Shown in pieces: positions 49,183 through 62,233 of a stretch of 64,000 nt of DNA. The stretch comes from Callorhinchus milii (lineage: Eukaryota). The number at the start of each line of letters is the position of its first letter. Position 1 is the stretch's first letter. The notes beneath the pieces were generated by a model, which saw only the letters and a program-made list of their open reading frames with translations, did not search any database and was not told the DNA's origin. The stretch is from the NCBI RefSeq assembly GCF_018977255.1, contig NW_024704742.1:79858001-79922000 (forward strand), read 5' to 3'. Position numbers and translations under genes: made by a program.

Positions 49183-52100
49183 TTATCCAGTGAAGGTGTT
49201 AGAGTTAGAGAGAGAGAGATTCAGGTGATAGAAAGGCCCAGAAGGGGAAAGGATTCAGACACTGTACTGACAACATTATTGAGAAATCTTGTTAAAATCA
49301 TACTATTGAACACCTATTGCCTTTCTTTAACTTTTGTATAATCAGCAACAATAACAACAACAACAAGATTACATTTGTATAATCGGATGGCAGTTGCAAA
49401 ACTGAAAACCTGTTCATATTAAGGAAAAGTTAGGTCAATTCGAGTGGATCCACCCAACTCTTCAACCCTTTTAAGGTTGTTTTAAAATAAATAGGTCTTG
49501 GGGAAAGAATGGTTAGGCAGAAAATAAATGGAGTCTTTAGGGGTTGAACAGGCTTCGAGGTGACATGCTGTGCAAGTCCGCAGTAATTCACGGGAAATCG
49601 ATTAAATAACAACTTTCAAAAGGGAATTGGATGGGTACTTGAAAAGGAAAATTTTCCAGGTGTGTGGGGAAAGAGCGGGGGTGTGGGACTGATTGGGTTG
49701 TGCTTCCAAAGAGCCGGCACAGGTACGATCGGCTGAATGGCCTCCTTCTGTGCTGTAATATTCTATGATTCTACGAAAATGAGAACACACTTGGAGTTGC
49801 ATCCCTTCAACAGTACAGCCTAGTCGGGTCCCATGATAATAGTTGGACAAGTACTGAATGACATTGATTCTTATTAAGTTTATTGCATTTGTGAATATTA
49901 CAAAAGAATATTATTTGAATTGAAATCAAAACCGTACAGTTTTTTCAAAAATCATTTGATTGAAAAGAAAGTTTCAGTAATTACAGATTAAGTTTTCGGT
50001 TTGTTTGCGTTCTCTTCAAAATCTTGTTCATAAATATTTTATTTCTTTGTGTATGAGAAAATTTGTATACATGTATACCCATTGACTGTACAAATGTAAT
50101 CTTGTCGTTGTTGTTGTTGACATCAAGAGGGCTGAAACGTTTGGTAACCAGTTCTTTGTTCTGGATCTTCCTGTTTGGCTTGCGGAGGGAAGTTCCTGTG
50201 GAAGACAAATTCGCACAAATCTATGTAATAAATTTAATAATAATCCTTGCATTTGATATTGAGCCTTATCACAGCAACAATTATACATTTATATAGCGCC
50301 CTTCACTCGGGGCAGTGTCTCTGATGTGTTTTGAGATCACGTCGCAACATCTCAAAACACTTCAAAGAAGTTTCTGAAAAGTGTAACGACTGTAAGTGAA
50401 CTCAGCAGCTAATTTGTACGCAGCTATGTCGCACAAAGGAGCCAGAGGTTAAGGATCAATTTAACTTTAGGATTGTTGGCCAGGAGCTTTTTGAATTATG
50501 TCGTAGATTCCTTTAATGTCCATCTGAAAAGGAAGATTGCATCTCGATTTATCATCAACATCTGATGACTGATTGATTTATGCTTTATTTTTTCACTTCA
50601 CCTTAATTTCAAATTGAAGTTCTGAGATGGGTTAACAGTATATGCACATTATAGATTGAACAGTTTTATCTGAGAGAGTTGGTTTACACAGTTGGAAATT
50701 GATAACAAAGAACTAGTTTGCCAAGAACATTTATGCTTGGCTCAGGATTTCTGTTGAGTTCTGGGTTGCGCCAGGAGGGGGGGCGGCAAAATCTCCTATG
50801 TTGACAGATCTTTGTATTACAGAACTATTTCATCACTCATGCTAAAAAAAAAGTTTTTTTTAAACTTGTGTTTTACAGCAATAGGGTTTGACATGTGGAA
50901 GATTTATTTTCTGGGGAAATCATTTGATGGTTTTACATGTTAAATGAGCTGATAATTATAAATGGATATTAAAAAGACTGTCATAATGTTTGCCTTGAAA
51001 TATTCAATTTTGGTGTTAGAACATCAGGAGTTATGTACAGCAGGAAAAACTGGAAAGCAAGTGTGGTATTATGGAATTCTACTTTGGGATTTAGGGTATC
51101 TGCAGTACTTGTATGGCGTTTCTCACATCTGCACTTCTACACTGAAATTATTAATAATAAATCACTTATTAATTAGTTCCAAGAAAAAAAGCTCAATGTT
51201 TAAGTGATAGTTGAAATGAGAATGTGGCAGTCTTCATTGAAGTCTTTTACAATATTTTGTCACGCTTGTATCAAAGCGCATTACTTCATCATTTTGTGTG
51301 TGGTTATGATTAAAGTGCCGCTTGGCTTCCTGGTTGCTCTGCCAAAGAAACAAAAACGCGGTGTTTGCCAAATTAATTTGCTTTGTAAAGCTTCTGCCTG
51401 TTGGAATGAATTTGCTTTAATTTCTGTGTTGTGCTGCTCGTATTGTGCTTGATGTTATTCCAGCATGTTTTAATAATTGGACATAACTGCTTTTTGACTC
51501 TGAATAGATCCCAAATTGTCTATTAGCCATGATTACTGTAAAAGGTACGATAGTGTTGGACGAGTAATGGCTGCTTGCTCAAACCTGTTCCTTTCACAAG
51601 CCATTGAAAACATTCTGTATCTCCTGTATCTCCTATCCGAACATCCAGCACAGACAATCTCTGAAATCCAAAATAATTGAGTAAAGGTGCAGAATATTCT
51701 TTTCTCCCAGTTATAGAATATTATCGTTGCATTTTACAGAACAGAAAGAAGCCATTTGGACCATCAAGTCTACACTAGCTCTCATTTCCCTAACTTCCAT
51801 ACAGAGACATCAAGTCTTGGGATCACTGTAAATTGTAGCTTCAATGCAAATGAAATTACTCCCTTTTTGTCTCATAAAGCATTTGTTCACTTTAGTCGGT
51901 AACTATACCCATATCATCCAATGTTGTTGTTCAGTGATTATCTAACTATTGAAATAAATGATTTGACTCAACATCGACTACTTTCATTTGAGTCTGTTCT
52001 ATGTATCCATTAGTCTGTATAGATAATTACATTTAGTAATCTTTAATACAAATGGAACTCTTTAAATTTTGAAACTATGACCTCCATATCTAATCTTATC

Positions 52101-52779
52101 ATCTGGTCTTAAGGCAGCTATCTATATCACCCATGCCTCTTATTATTTTAAATACTTGGATCATTTCTCCCCTCAATCTTTTTTTCCAATGAATGGGAAT
52201 CTTTCCTCATAACTTCGAATTCAGAATCCTCCCTCCCTGTTCTTCTGTGAACTTTCTACAGTAATGTTCTGTACACAATTACAGGATGGTGTTCTGTATA
52301 AAATTAGAATAATTTATTTTGACTTGTAGTCAAATTGTTTTGCTCTACAGCATAATCTAATTCGTGATAAGCTCTATTGTATGGAACCTTCAGTAAATCA
52401 TTGTTCTCACAGGAGATAAAATGGGCAGTAAAGTCCATCTTCATCTAAGCTAATTGACACCCTTTTGTTCTTGTAGATACATTTATCTGCATATCCTTTT
52501 GCCAATATGACTTTTGGTCCAGATCTTCCGTTATATTATTTAACCTCCTTAAGTGGTTCGTCTGCATCCATGATTTGGGGACATCATCAGTAAATGTTAT
52601 ACCGCAAAACATGATTTCCTCCAAATGAATAGTTTCTCCAAACTGACAATTTATGGATAGCAAAGATTCCTCTAAAACCTCTGCCGGCTATTGTCTTTCA
52701 GACAGGCATTTTTCAAACTTTACCTTAACCTTTTTTTGCAAATTATTACTAACAGTCATTTTCAGTGCAACAAAGTCAT

Positions 52780-53140
52780 TTGCCATTAATTCTATGAGAG
52801 GAAAATTCTAAAGTGAAGTAACTATGTGTTTGTAAATAAACATGGCAGCCACGTTATGCACAGCAATGCCCCACAAATAGGCATACAATGAATGACCAAT
52901 TTTATCTGGGGGATTGTCAGGTAGAACACTGGACAAACTTTTTCAGATCATGTCATGGGATCTTTAATGTCCACTTGAAGAGGCAGGCAGGACCTTTATT
53001 TAATGTATTATCTGAAGGTCGGCACCTCCAACACAGCAGCACTGCATTGGAGTGTTAGTTTAGGAATAAAATCTTCTGACAGGGCTTAATCTCACAACCT
53101 TCTGATTCAGAGATGAGAATGCTACCATTTGGGCCCGGCT
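52780..53140 (-). mobile_element. Deu-domain SINE
   Basis: Reverse complement shows GGAGGTGCCGACC..AAAGATCCCATGAC..GTGGGGCATTGCTGTG. Confidence 0.7.
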
Positions 53141-55564
53141 GTATCTTTTGTCCTCTTACTTCAAGTAAAATGCCATTACAGTAGTTAACCTAAACTAACT
53201 TTCATTGTGCTTTTTAAAATGTTTCCAAATAGAAGGCAGAATTAAAACCTTATGACAGTGAAAACTTCAATAACTAATATTTTATGTTGAAAGTTGAATT
53301 TACAATTTTAGTGTCACCTTTCTTAATAAGTTGTACCAAAGTTGGACAGTCACCTGAAACCAAAACATTTTAACAAGCTAACCTCCAATAAACTAAAATC
53401 TGGGTAACTTGCAAAAATGTGTGCTAGGTTGATAAAGTGGATTGTTCTTTTTTTATATATCAGGGTCTTAAGATAGTTTCTGCAATCTGACATATTAAAA
53501 TAGCATTGTTCTTTTGGTTATAAATTCCCAGTAGTTGGAGTTAGTACCGAACAAGTGAAGTTGTTTGAAGTCGTAAGCAGGTGATGAATTAATGCATGAT
53601 TTAATCTCTGTAAAGAGTGGAAAGCAAGTTTTAAGGGAGCCAAAACCTCAGATGAGTTCAATAGTACTGTTTGTCTCAAACCTTCTTGTCCTGGGGGTAT
53701 TTCAAGTGAACGTTTCCGTATTACTGGTGTTGCAGTTCTGGCGTATAATATAAAATTGGTTGCACAATGTGTTTTTGTTTGGCTGATTTTATATCTTATA
53801 TGGGGAATTGGATCAGGAACAAGGCGTTTGAGAAATTGTGCTCGGGGATTCAAGCATTGCATTACCTTGGATCATCAATATGAAGAGTCGAGATGGCTGG
53901 GAACAAGTTGATCCAGCAAGGGCCTCTGAGTTTTTGGTGACTGTGAATTTAGGTTTCACCTACAAGACTGAGAAAGGATTCTGTGGTGTACATTGAACAG
54001 CTTGGATTCTGACATCAGTACAGCTGTCCAGTCAGAAAACCGAATGGGAATGTACATGCTACTGCACATTGTGTGAGTTTCCTGTTCTTGGAACTGACTT
54101 CAATACTAATCTGTGAATGAGGGTCAGCAAGTACGTGTATTGACCCTGAGGTTTGTATTGCAGGACAGTAACTTGTTGATTGTGACTGTTCGTGTTCTTT
54201 GCTGGTTCAGCAACCAGAATTTCTTCATCAATTTGTGTTTGCTACAGTAAAAAAAAAGTTAAGTTTGGTGGGAAAACTTTTAAGTTACAGTGCGAAGCTG
54301 ATACTGTCTGAACACTTGCCAATAGAGAGAAATTATTCCAATATTGAGCAATTCCTTGTGAGCTGAGATGAGTGGTGGAAAAATGTGACCTATGAAAACT
54401 AACACTGGTGATAAATTTAGCATTCTGTCATCCTATGTGCATTAGTTTATTATTGACTACCAATTTTGATGGAATAAGAAACTTGAGTGAGCATTACATG
54501 AGAGTCTAGTCTAAGTGCTAAGTGCAAGCACTGAAGAGATCTTGTGTCAGAATCTTGTGTACATCCACTTGTGGATGTACAAGTGGAGATGAGGGCTATA
54601 TTCTTGCCAGGATTACGATAGTAAAATCACAGTAGTTTACAGAAGAGAAGATTCACATAAACAGACCCTTTGGGACCAGTTTGCATGCCAATTGACTTGT
54701 TTTAGTCCTGACTTTTGCTGGACAACAGAGCAGATCTTGGGGAGGAGTTGGATATTGGACGTGTAATATCATAATTGTAATAATCATTGTTCTCGTTAAT
54801 AAAAATCCTAATTTATGTTAACACATAATTGTAAAACTAAATGGCAGGATAAGTGCGCCACTTTTAGTTTCTGTTCACATTCTGAAGGGATACCTTGAAA
54901 TTTCCATTTGAGGCTCCAAATGGTGCTAGCAATCTTTCAATTAATTTTCCATGGGATTTGTCCATGTTTGCCTTTTGAACACGTGTTGATATTGGAAATT
55001 GTCCGTGCAAATTCCTTATTTGTCGTTGGGTCTATTAGCAAATTTTACCCCTTGAGTCGAGATGAATTTTCTGTGAAACTCCAGATTTTTTTTTGTTTTC
55101 TGACTAAATTCATTTTGTTTTCATTTTCTAAATACTTCATGAAAGCATCAAAAACTTTTTTTGAGAGGGCGGGGGTGGAGATCTGGTGGTGGGGTGTGGT
55201 CGGCCCAACGTTTCACCGGGAAGGGAGGCAGGGGGAGAATGGGGCCCCTGCACTGAGTAATTTTGTCCACAAATATACAGTCAATTCACTTTACAATCTA
55301 TTCTGTGAAGCGCTTTGAGACGTCTAGAAGACGTGAAAAGTGCTATATCAAATGCAAGGATTATTATTATTAATTGGTGCTAAAGTTTATTTGACCGACT
55401 GTTTGTCGACACATTTCAAGATCAGGAAATGTCTCGTCTCCAGAAACAATACTTACGCTTGCCTTCAATTCAGCCTATAGCACTGTGTTGGCTGAGAATA
55501 CTTTGCTGTCAATGGCTGCCAAGTGTAGTGACTGTGTGTCTCTAGACAAACATATGGCATCTTC

Positions 55565-55932
55565 TCCTCTGTAGAGTCATCTAGAGCATACGCCTCGCAA
55601 GCGAGAGACGTGGGTTTGATTTCTGGGCAAGGCAAAATCTTAGGCAAATTTCCTTACTCCACTCACCTTTGTTCACATAGCAGTAAGAAGGAACCCAGTT
55701 GTTATTCTTGTTAGTCGATCGGCGGACCTCTTTCTGGGGATAATAATCCCGCCAAAAAAAAATTGGTCACTCAATCCATGACTGTTTGTGGGACACTGCT
55801 GTGTGCAATTGGCTGCCACTTTTCGCCCACAAAATAGACAGTCACTCCACTTTACAGAATATCCTGTAAGCGCTTTGAGACATCTCGACGACGTGATAAG
55901 GCACAATATCAAATGCAAGGATTGTTAATATT
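55565..55932 (+). mobile_element. tRNA-SINE, long older subfamily; a SINE tail precedes it at ~55260-55372
   Basis: CTCGCAAGCGAG, GGGTTTGATTTC, TTTGTTCACATAGCAGTAAGAAGGAACC, then the shared 3' body. Confidence 0.8.
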
Positions 55933-56277
55933 ATAAAAGCACCTAAAATATGGGAGGGGGCTCAGTTTTGTTATAAAGTCAGCAGATCGAAGCAACTATT
56001 ACATAGAATAACATAGAATCTACAGCACTAAAATAGACCATTTGGCCCAACTAGTCCATGCTGACTTTTGTTTATTCTTCACATGACCCTCCACTCATTC
56101 TAATTCAATCTCCCCATCCCCACTTCCTCTTTTAATTGTTTATTCCCTTTTCCCTCATGTATACATAACTACATATGCAACAGGCTATATATGTACATAT
56201 ATGAATGAAAGATATCCAGGCAATAGAAATTGCAGCAGAACTTTAGGTCAAAAGTAGACGCATATTGAAAATGAGTG

Positions 56278-56662
56278 TTAGCCTGGCTTAGTTGGTATCA
56301 CTTTCACAACTACATCAGGACTTGGTACCCATACTGACTCTCCAATGTAGTGTTGCATAGTCGGTGATGCTATTCTTTGAATGACGTGTTAACATGAGGT
56401 CCCATCTGCCTATCCAGGTGGATGTTAAAGATTCCGTGGCCCTATTCGAAAAGAGAAGGGAGTTTTTCCTGATGTCCTGGCCACATAATCCCCTCCCCTC
56501 CCATGAAATAGGACAATTACTCCACAGATGTTTGTGGGACATTGTTGTGCACATTTTCCCCCAAAATACACATAGTCACACCACTTTACATTATATCCTG
56601 TGAAGTGCTTTGAGATATCTCATTGACATGATAAGGTGCTATATCAAATACAAGGATTATTG
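56278..56662 (+). mobile_element. Deu-domain SINE
   Basis: AGCCTGGCTTAGTTGG head, CAGGTGGATGTTAAAGATTCCGTGGC, GTCCTGGCCAC and tail. Confidence 0.7.
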
Positions 56663-57554
56663 ACCCAGTTATTCCCCACATTGACAGTATTGTACAGTGG
56701 AGTCGAAACAATGAGATCCTAAGATGCTGAATATAGCCAGAGGGAGGGTGGGAAATCAGAAGTTATTTTGTTCCAAAGACAGCATTATGACTTACATGCT
56801 CAGGCTGTCTAGCACAAGTACTGCTGTTTTCCTCTGTATTGAAATAACAGTAACCATGTTACTGAGTGCCTTGTATTACATGGTCTGAAATATTACACAA
56901 ATTAACAGTACTGATGGACAATGATCACTATTTCATTTCCTGCTTTCCACAAGGAAGCACCTGCCAGATCTTGGCAAACATTTGAACTGACAATTAACAC
57001 TGTCAGCTTAAAGGCAGAAATTGCTTTTAGATTTGCGGCACTAACCATACATTCAATGCAATTTACTTCAATGTAATTCCAGCCCTTGGCAGTACTATTC
57101 AATGTAAGTTGGGCAGGCACTTGTGGGATGGGTTTTCTTAACATGCCCACACACAACTAAGAGCAGAGAGAATGTCAAAGTTATTAACTTGTGGGAGTTC
57201 CTGTTGTACTCTTTGGAAACCTTTAAGGTGGGGTGGGGCCGCGGAGGAATGACTTGGGAACAGTGTTTGGTTGTGTCCGTGTATTAACTGAATGCAACCG
57301 ACCATTGAAAGAAATATTGTTGGGTAATTCTTAATATGCTGACAGAAATATCAGTAACTTCAATTTCTTAGATTGTAACAGAGTTTTATTTTGGTTTTGT
57401 TTGATAAATGTGATAAATCTGGCTTTCTAAAAATTATGGAGGAACAGATGGAAGAAAAAATTCAAGTATTTACAGGCCTTAAAACTTGATAAATTTCAAT
57501 GAAGCAGCAAGACACCTTTTGATAGGTTGATAACTTGGAATTTTGTAGCATCGT

Positions 57555-57884
57555 GGGTCCTGCAGTATATTGGTTAGAGCACTAGCCTCGCATGGAGAGA
57601 ACCCGGGTTTGATTCCTGGGCAGGGTTTCCTTCCTCCACACACCTCTGTTTACCTAGCAGTAAGTAGGAACCTGGTTGTTAGTTGATTAGCGGATTGTTT
57701 TCCGGTAATAATCCCTTAAAAAAAATGTTGGGTCATTCAATCCATAAGTCATGTATGTAATTGGGTGCCGAGTTTCACCCACTAAATATACAGTCAATTC
57801 ACTTCACAATATTCTTTGTGAAGTATTTTGAGATGTCTCAACAATGTGATAAGGCACCATATGAAATGGAACTATTATTATTAT
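57555..57884 (+). mobile_element. tRNA-SINE, long older subfamily
   Basis: TGGTTAGAGCAC, GGGTTTGATTCC, CCTCTGTTTACCTAGCAGTAAGTAGGAACC and tail. Confidence 0.8.
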
Positions 57885-58344
57885 ATAAATTGATGCAGTA
57901 GCAGCTTGAATTTAAGTCTGAGATTGAGAGGTGAGCTTGTGATATCGACACACTGGGACTGTAGGAAGGTGTTTTTGAAGCTGGGGAGGAACAAGAGAGA
58001 GCAGAATATTGAAAACAGAATATGTTTTGCTAATTATGTGTATCTAAGATCTCTGCCTTTGGGCTTGTTGGATCCTTTGATGACATTACATCTGTTCTTT
58101 GTTGCCACCCAGTCTGTGGGACTTCCCATTTCTTGAATCTTGTTCAACTGGAGCTTTGCAAGTTTCAACTTGTGTACTGAAGCTCAATATGGAGCTATAG
58201 ATTGCCCTTTTTATTTCCTGTCCGTGCTTCACCTTTTCAGTTTCAGTCCATAAAGCCCATTGGAGGCTTTCCGGTAGCCAAGTGGATGAAATCTCTATCC
58301 AGGTGTTACAGCCATTGTAACACTTAACTCATAAAATCAAGATT

Positions 58345-58830
58345 AAAATATTTATATTTGATTTAGCACCTTATCACATTGAAATGCCTGCTTTGCAGTT
58401 TTTTCTGAAAACTGTGGTCACTGTTTATTTGTAGGTGAACGTGGCAGCCAATTTCCACATGACAATATACAGTCAATTCATTTCACAATATATTCTGTGA
58501 AGCACTTTGAGACTATGTGATAAGGCGCTATATCATTTTCAAGGATTATTATTAACAATGTCCCACAAACAACCATGATGTGAATGATGGGATTGTTGGC
58601 CAGGACACTCGAAGAAACTCCTTTCTTTTTTTCAAATAGTGTCATGGGAGTTTTAGCGTCCACCTGTACAGGTTGAAAGTCTGTAGTTCAATGTCTCATA
58701 ATGTCTCGCAGGGACGATCGCCACCTCTGACAATGCAGCGTACACCTGAGCACTGCATTGGAGTGCCTGACAAGCCCCTGAACTCGAAAAGCCTAATGTG
58801 ACCTTGACTTGACAACCTTCTGCAATGTGC
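58345..58830 (-). mobile_element. Deu-domain SINE with a nested + strand SINE tail (~58462-58553)
   Basis: Reverse-complement Deu blocks flank a forward CAGTCAATTCA..(TTA)n tail. Confidence 0.65.
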
Positions 58831-60708
58831 TACAGATAGTAGGGTGCAAATTTGATTTTTGGCTTGTGCTGACATACCTCATCTCATTGGGATATTAAAA
58901 TCGCCTTTGAGCCTGAGATAAGGAGTAGAAAATCATCCAATTAGGGCTTCCATTATTCAGTGATCATTACGATGTGGATTGGGACCGACTTTGATTACCG
59001 ACATTGTTGAAAAGTCTGTCAGCACTCACTGTGTGATTTGTTTTGTTTGTTTAGTTTGAGTTCTGCAGCAGAATCATTTATAATGTTCGGGTCCATAAAA
59101 TGACAACTCTCCTTAAAACTGGACACAATCAGCACTTATCTGCGTCATGACATCACCGATCGCATGATTGGCATCATTAGACATTTGTGCAAAAAGCAGC
59201 TAGCTTCTACTCCAAAATCTGCCCGACTTCCAGGTTACCACTGATGTCACTTCCTCACATGTGCAGCATGCAGAAGGTGACTCTCGTGGCAACCTGTTGA
59301 CCAGGAAATCGGACCTTTAAAACACCTCAGTCCCCGAAAGGGTGCTCATCCTGAGAGTGAACCCGCATTACAAGGAAGCGTGTTATAAGAAGACGCAACT
59401 GTATTTCCTATTGCATCAAAAGTTTACTTGATATGTAGACATGCTAATCTCAAGGTGTATTCTTTGTTGTCTCAACTGAATATTGGCACAATTGCTTACT
59501 GGTATATATTTGGGATTGCTTACTGGTATATATTTGGATTTTTTTAAAATCATGTTTGCTTCACAGTGATACAAGAATTGTAGTAAAGCTGGAACTTGAG
59601 TGAAGAAACCTTAATTTGAAAGATTAAAGGACAACAGCAATAACAAATTACATTTGTATAGTGCCTTTCACATCAGGAGGACATGACAACTGCTCTTCAC
59701 CCACAATATAAAAAACTTTGGTGAGCAGAGATGTATGTGACTCACCCTACTGTGAGTAGTATGAACCTAATGCACAGAAACCCATCTCCATGCTTGAGTA
59801 TTCAGGCTATTCCACATGTGTATGCCACCATGCACCTACGTGACAGGATTTTATGTATTTGATGCAGAAGATTAAAGTAAAAACTAATTTCAATAAATCA
59901 GTAAGAGTTATTTGCTACTGTCCTGCAGTGCACATGGGGACATAAGGGCAGTGTCTGGAACCTATCATCAATTGGGCCTTGAAGTTGATTTTCACTCAAT
60001 TACAAGAAAAAATATTTTTTTCTCAAACAAAAATGAAATTTATATCGTAAGATTCTGTTTTGTGTAAAATGTCTCTTTCTCCTTTTGTAATGTCCCATAA
60101 TTAAAATCGTTCATGGTTACTTACTGGACCCTGGGTATTTTGTGTCTATATTAGGTGTCTGGGTGTTTTTTAACTATAAAAAATGAATTACTTTTCAATT
60201 TCAGATGGGCCATTTCATGTCTTCTGATGGATGAAATTGGGTGAAAGTACTTTCATTGCATTTTGAGTGGACTCTGTGCTTGTGGACGTGGCTTGTCAGA
60301 ACACAAATCTGCTAACCTGGGTGTTGCAATGCTTTTGTTGCAGCCCTTCGTTTAAATCCAGGCTATTCCAGCAAAGTCCAACTGGTGTTCAAGGATTTCT
60401 GATAAGCAGACTTGTTCAAGTGCAAAATATATAAATGCAACGATTGGAGGAAGGGGGGTGGTCTAGGGGTGTAAACAAAATGCAATGTTATAATTGGATT
60501 GACTCTTAGCGACTGGAGAATGGCTAACCGAGAATCATGTCATAACTGAGAGTATATATAGGCTGGCTGATTTGTGGGATCCTGAGTTAATCGTGTCAGA
60601 AGTGGAGCGGGGAGGGGGGTTTATAACATAGTAAGGTGGGGGTGTCTATAAAATATGAACCAGTGGTGTAGTGAAACTGCTGAACACTTCCACATTCACT
60701 GCGCATGT

Positions 60709-60924
60709 GCACAAAAAGTTGGCTTGCTGCGAATAAGCCAGCCAGCCTTTTGAAAGCTAAAAAGTGGCCGAATTACAGGTCACTGCTCTTCTTGTAATGT
60801 GCATGTGCATCACCCAGTATGTGACACCAGTGGTAGTGTGGTGACTTGGAAGTCGGCCATTTTTTCGCGCGTGTGAATATGTGAAAAAACCTGATTGCTG
60901 TTTTGAAGCAAGCCAACTTTCTGC
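60709..60924. mobile_element. Palindromic MITE-like element
   Basis: Outer arms AAAGTTGGCTTGCT (60715-60728) and AGCAAGCCAACTTT (60907-60920); inner imperfect arms at ~60759-60784 and ~60840-60865. Confidence 0.55.
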
Positions 60925-61569
60925 TCAAACTTTTTGGATATTTTAATAAATAAACATTGGAGTCAATGTGCCTAGTTATATTATAAGCAAATTTACATGA
61001 TATTGAAGCTCAATAGGATGTGGTTCTACCTCATCTTTATTTAAAGAAGACTCAATTTTAGGTTGAAAAAGTTGGGGTCGATGTATCTGGAGTTGGTGGC
61101 GGTAATACGGTGTAGTGTATCTGTATAAGGAAAGAACTTGATGTTCAGAATATTTAAATCCTTGCAGATAAACGCCAACACACGTTGCTCAATAATTTCT
61201 AACTTTGTTTGTATGAAGTAAACAAAAAACTTTCATTTTATATTGCTTCATCACATCAAAACGTCTCAAAACACTTCACATATAATTAATAGCAACTATT
61301 AGCAACTTTTTCTTGTGGGCATACTCTGGAGCCATTTTGCACCATCAAGAGCCTACAAATAGCTATGAGTTGAATGACTAATTAATTGTGAAGGTTGTTG
61401 GCAATGCAAATCCATTTGTCTGTACTGACTGACTTGATAAGATAAACACAAGGATGATTATAATGCATGACATCTGGTTCTACATTGCCAAAAGAACTTT
61501 TGATGTAATTCCCAGACTTGAGATATTTCTCTTCTCCCCCTCTCCCATCTCAAGGTGGGAGCAGGGTTA

Positions 61570-61735
61570 TTTTCCCACTCAGCTCCTATTAAGCCTGAGT
61601 CGACATGGATAGACCGGTCCAAGTTGGACAACCAGTCAGTGCTTTCAATAGAAAACTGCATTTTTAGCTCCACCAGTTACCCCAAAGCACACTCTGGTTC
61701 TTTGCCATCTGCGCCTAATACTCTTTGCGATTGAC
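61570..61735 (+). repeat. Unclassified old interspersed repeat, copy 4 of 4 (partial)
   Basis: TCCCACTCAGCTCCTATTAA, GGTCCAAGTTGGACAA, GCGCCTAATACTCTTTG. Confidence 0.55.
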
Positions 61736-62112
61736 TAAGCATCCATCAAAATTAATCCATCTACAATGTGATATAGGTGGAAAATCTGGCATTTCAACCT
61801 AGCAGCTATGATGACCTTTCTAATTAACTAACCCAATTGATGATCTAATGTTTCCAGCAGACATTAAAGAGCATTGCTTGCTTTCATGGTATTGAGAGCA
61901 AAAATGATTTAAAGGGATGATAGATTGTTCCTTCTACCCATGCATTCTGTATGTTGCTGTTGATTTACATTAACTTGCTCTGATTCCATTATCACCACTA
62001 AACAATTGGAATCCGGAGACTGTGGTTTCCTCTGAGACACTAGAGATGGACTGAGACTGGCGAGACTGTCAATAACATTGGAGTATTACAGAATATTCTC
62101 CTGTATTTCCAG

Positions 62113-62164
62113 TTGATGACAAGCGACGGTCTCTCTGCTGCACTTGGTGGAGTGTTCCGATAAC
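62113..62164 (+). other. ABCA1: 5' UTR part of ABCA1 exon 2, containing a uORF at 62116-62163 (MTSDGLSAALGGVFR*)
   Basis: Lies between the acceptor AG (62112) and the main ATG (62165). ATG at 62116 is open for 15 codons to TAA at 62161-62163. Confidence 0.8.
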
Positions 62165-62233
62165 ATGCCGAGTTTCTGGACACAGCTGGGGCTTCTGCTG
62201 TGGAAGAATTTCACCTACAGAAGGAGACAAACA
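62165..62233 (+). CDS. ABCA1: ABCA1 (ABC transporter A1), first coding exon (exon 2); gene continues beyond the window
   Basis: Translates to MPSFWTQLGLLLWKNFTYRRRQT, the QLxLLLWKNxxxRRRQ N-terminus of ABCA1/ABCA7/ABCA4. Acceptor tctcctgtatttccAG at 62111-62112 and phase-0 donor GTGAGT at 62234. The upstream LXRE+TATA promoter and non-coding exon 1 favour ABCA1 over ABCA7. Too short to appear in the ORF track. Confidence 0.88.

Noticed and set aside
54558..54581. 11-bp perfect palindrome TGTACATCCAC-TT-GTGGATGTACA
   Set aside because: Short and isolated; consistent with a local fold-back duplication, with no supporting context.
59491..59538. 24-bp tandem duplication
   Set aside because: Ordinary slippage duplication in intron 1.
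62165..62233. Assignment to ABCA7 or ABCA4
   Set aside because: The peptide alone is compatible with ABCA7, but the LXRE-TATA promoter, long intron 1 and candidate SLC44A1 neighbour favour ABCA1. Phylogeny of the downstream exons would settle it.
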